From the IMG/VR virus record IMGVR_UViG_3300045988_000869: DNA of 5,853 bases. The stretch is one strand, 5' to 3'. The notes beneath the pieces were generated by a model. The model worked only from the letters and a program-made list of their open reading frames with translations. It had not been told where the DNA came from and made no database searches. Below, in pieces: positions 5,225 through 5,853 of this stretch. Both the position numbers and the translations under genes were made by a program. Positions within the stretch are counted from its first letter, which is position 1; each line of letters starts with the position of its first letter. This DNA is from a virus.

Positions 5225-5323
5225 TTACTTGAACCATTCCTTGATGATGTCGATTGTATTAATGACGAGGTAAAAACCCGCTGCGAGAAATGCCATAGTC
5301 ATGCTTGCGAATACAGCGCTCAC
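5225..5323 (-). CDS. Unannotated 32-aa hydrophobic (single transmembrane-like) peptide; 25 aa if started at ATG 5302
   Basis: My own translation of the - strand gives GTG(5323..5321)-SAVFASMTMAFLAAGFYLVINTIDIIKEWFK-TAA(5227..5225). The GTG overlaps the TGA stop of the upstream J-like gene as GTGA. The TAA overlaps the AAGGAG RBS of the next gene. The ORF exactly fills the only unexplained gap (5215-5319) in a tightly packed operon. It falls below the size cut-off of the ORF track. Confidence 0.45.
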   Translation of the reverse strand: MSAVFASMTMAFLAAGFYLVINTIDIIKEWFK

Positions 5324-5439
5324 AGGCGGATGCCCCCTCTCATCGCTCCGCTTCCCAGGTTGATGGCCTTGGTTTTGCGTGCGGTCTTGTTGTAGATTTT
5401 TGCGTCTTTGGATTTGCGGACTTTATTCCTCTTTGCCAT
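5320..5439 (-). CDS. Small highly basic DNA-binding protein (phiX174 J-like / gokushovirus ORF8-like), 39 aa
   Basis: MAKRNKVRKSKDAKIYNKTARKTKAINLGSGAMRGGIRL has 13 of 39 residues as K/R. I recognise the C-terminal MRGGIRL as typical of small basic microvirus proteins. The track start (5511) is a TTG inside the upstream ORF. ATG 5439 has a GAAGGGA patch about 10 nt upstream. Confidence 0.65.
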   Translation of the reverse strand: MAKRNKVRKSKDAKIYNKTARKTKAINLGSGAMRGGIRL

Positions 5440-5650
5440 GGTTGATTTCCCTTCTGAGGATTTCCACCTCAATGTTACTGGCAGATGCCTTTTTTCTAAA
5501 CGCAATGTCAATATAATACTTTGCGTCTTCGATGTTTGTTGCCTGTCGTACCATTTTGTACGCGGCGTCTATTGCTTTGTAGGTTTTCGTCAACTCTTTC
5601 ATAAGGTTCTCGTCGGTCTGGTCTCTTACATTCCATGGTTTGTTTTCCAT
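5423..5650 (-). CDS. Hypothetical 75-aa protein (predicted helical, charged)
   Basis: ATG at 5650..5648 has GGAGG (5661..5657) 6 nt upstream. The sequence is MENKPWNVRDQTDENLMKELTKTYKAIDAAYKMVRQATNIEDAKYYIDIAFRKKASASNIEVEILRREINHGKEE. The 3' end overlaps the J-like start by 17 nt. I recognise no family. Confidence 0.6.
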   Translation of the reverse strand: MENKPWNVRDQTDENLMKELTKTYKAIDAAYKMVRQATNIEDAKYYIDIAFRKKASASNIEVEILRREINHGKEE

Positions 5651-5651
5651 T

Positions 5652-5735
5652 TCAAGCCTCCGGTTTGTCCCTTGTTACTGCGTGGTAGATTTTGTCCAGT
5701 ATGGCAAGGATTTTTTGGATGTTTTCAAACAGCAT
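5652..5735 (-). CDS. Possible 27-aa leader ORF
   Basis: My own translation gives ATG(5735..5733) MLFENIQKILAILDKIYHAVTRDKPEA TGA(5654..5652). The stop is 1 nt before the ATG of the 75-aa ORF and the ORF spans that gene's GGAGG. No convincing RBS of its own is visible. Confidence 0.25.
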   Translation of the reverse strand: MLFENIQKILAILDKIYHAVTRDKPEA

Positions 5736-5754
5736 CTTGATTTCTTGGAGAGTC

Positions 5755-5853
5755 AGAGTAGTTCACCTCTTTCATAATGTTATTTTGTAAAAATGGAATT
5801 TGTTAAATGTACTTCTGTGCTGCTTGACTGCCTTTAGTATATAAAAAAAAAAG
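5755..5853. repeat. Terminal redundancy, copy B (identical to 1-99)
   Basis: See copy A. It contains the -10 (5836-5841) of P1 but not the -35, which lies at 105-110 beyond the repeat. Confidence 0.95.

Overview
The window is one complete, circularly closed genome of an ssDNA bacteriophage of the family Microviridae with Gokushovirinae-type gene content. It is given as the reverse complement of the coding strand, so every credible gene is on the - strand. Bases 1-99 are repeated exactly at 5755-5853. The unit genome is therefore 5,754 nt and the repeat is the overlap of a circular assembly. Reading the - strand, the order is: a sigma70-like promoter (82-110) firing across the junction; two small ORFs (27 aa, 75 aa); a 39-aa highly basic J/ORF8-like DNA-binding protein; a 32-aa hydrophobic ORF that is not in the ORF track; a 78-aa VP5-like protein; VP3 scaffold; VP1 major capsid; a structured intergenic region; VP2 pilot/minor capsid; VP4 HUH replication initiator; and a strong intrinsic terminator (744-792). 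An atypically long 458-nt non-coding region follows (344-801). It holds TTCAACA iteron-like repeats, a 20-bp perfect palindrome, GC-rich hairpins and alternating purine-pyrimidine tracts. After it comes a self-contained cassette: a near-consensus extended -10 promoter plus a 65-aa orphan ORF. I saw no rRNA, tRNA, CRISPR array, integrase or transposase. Protein names rest on motifs recognised by eye, not on database searches. Promoter, terminator and structure calls are sequence-pattern inferences.
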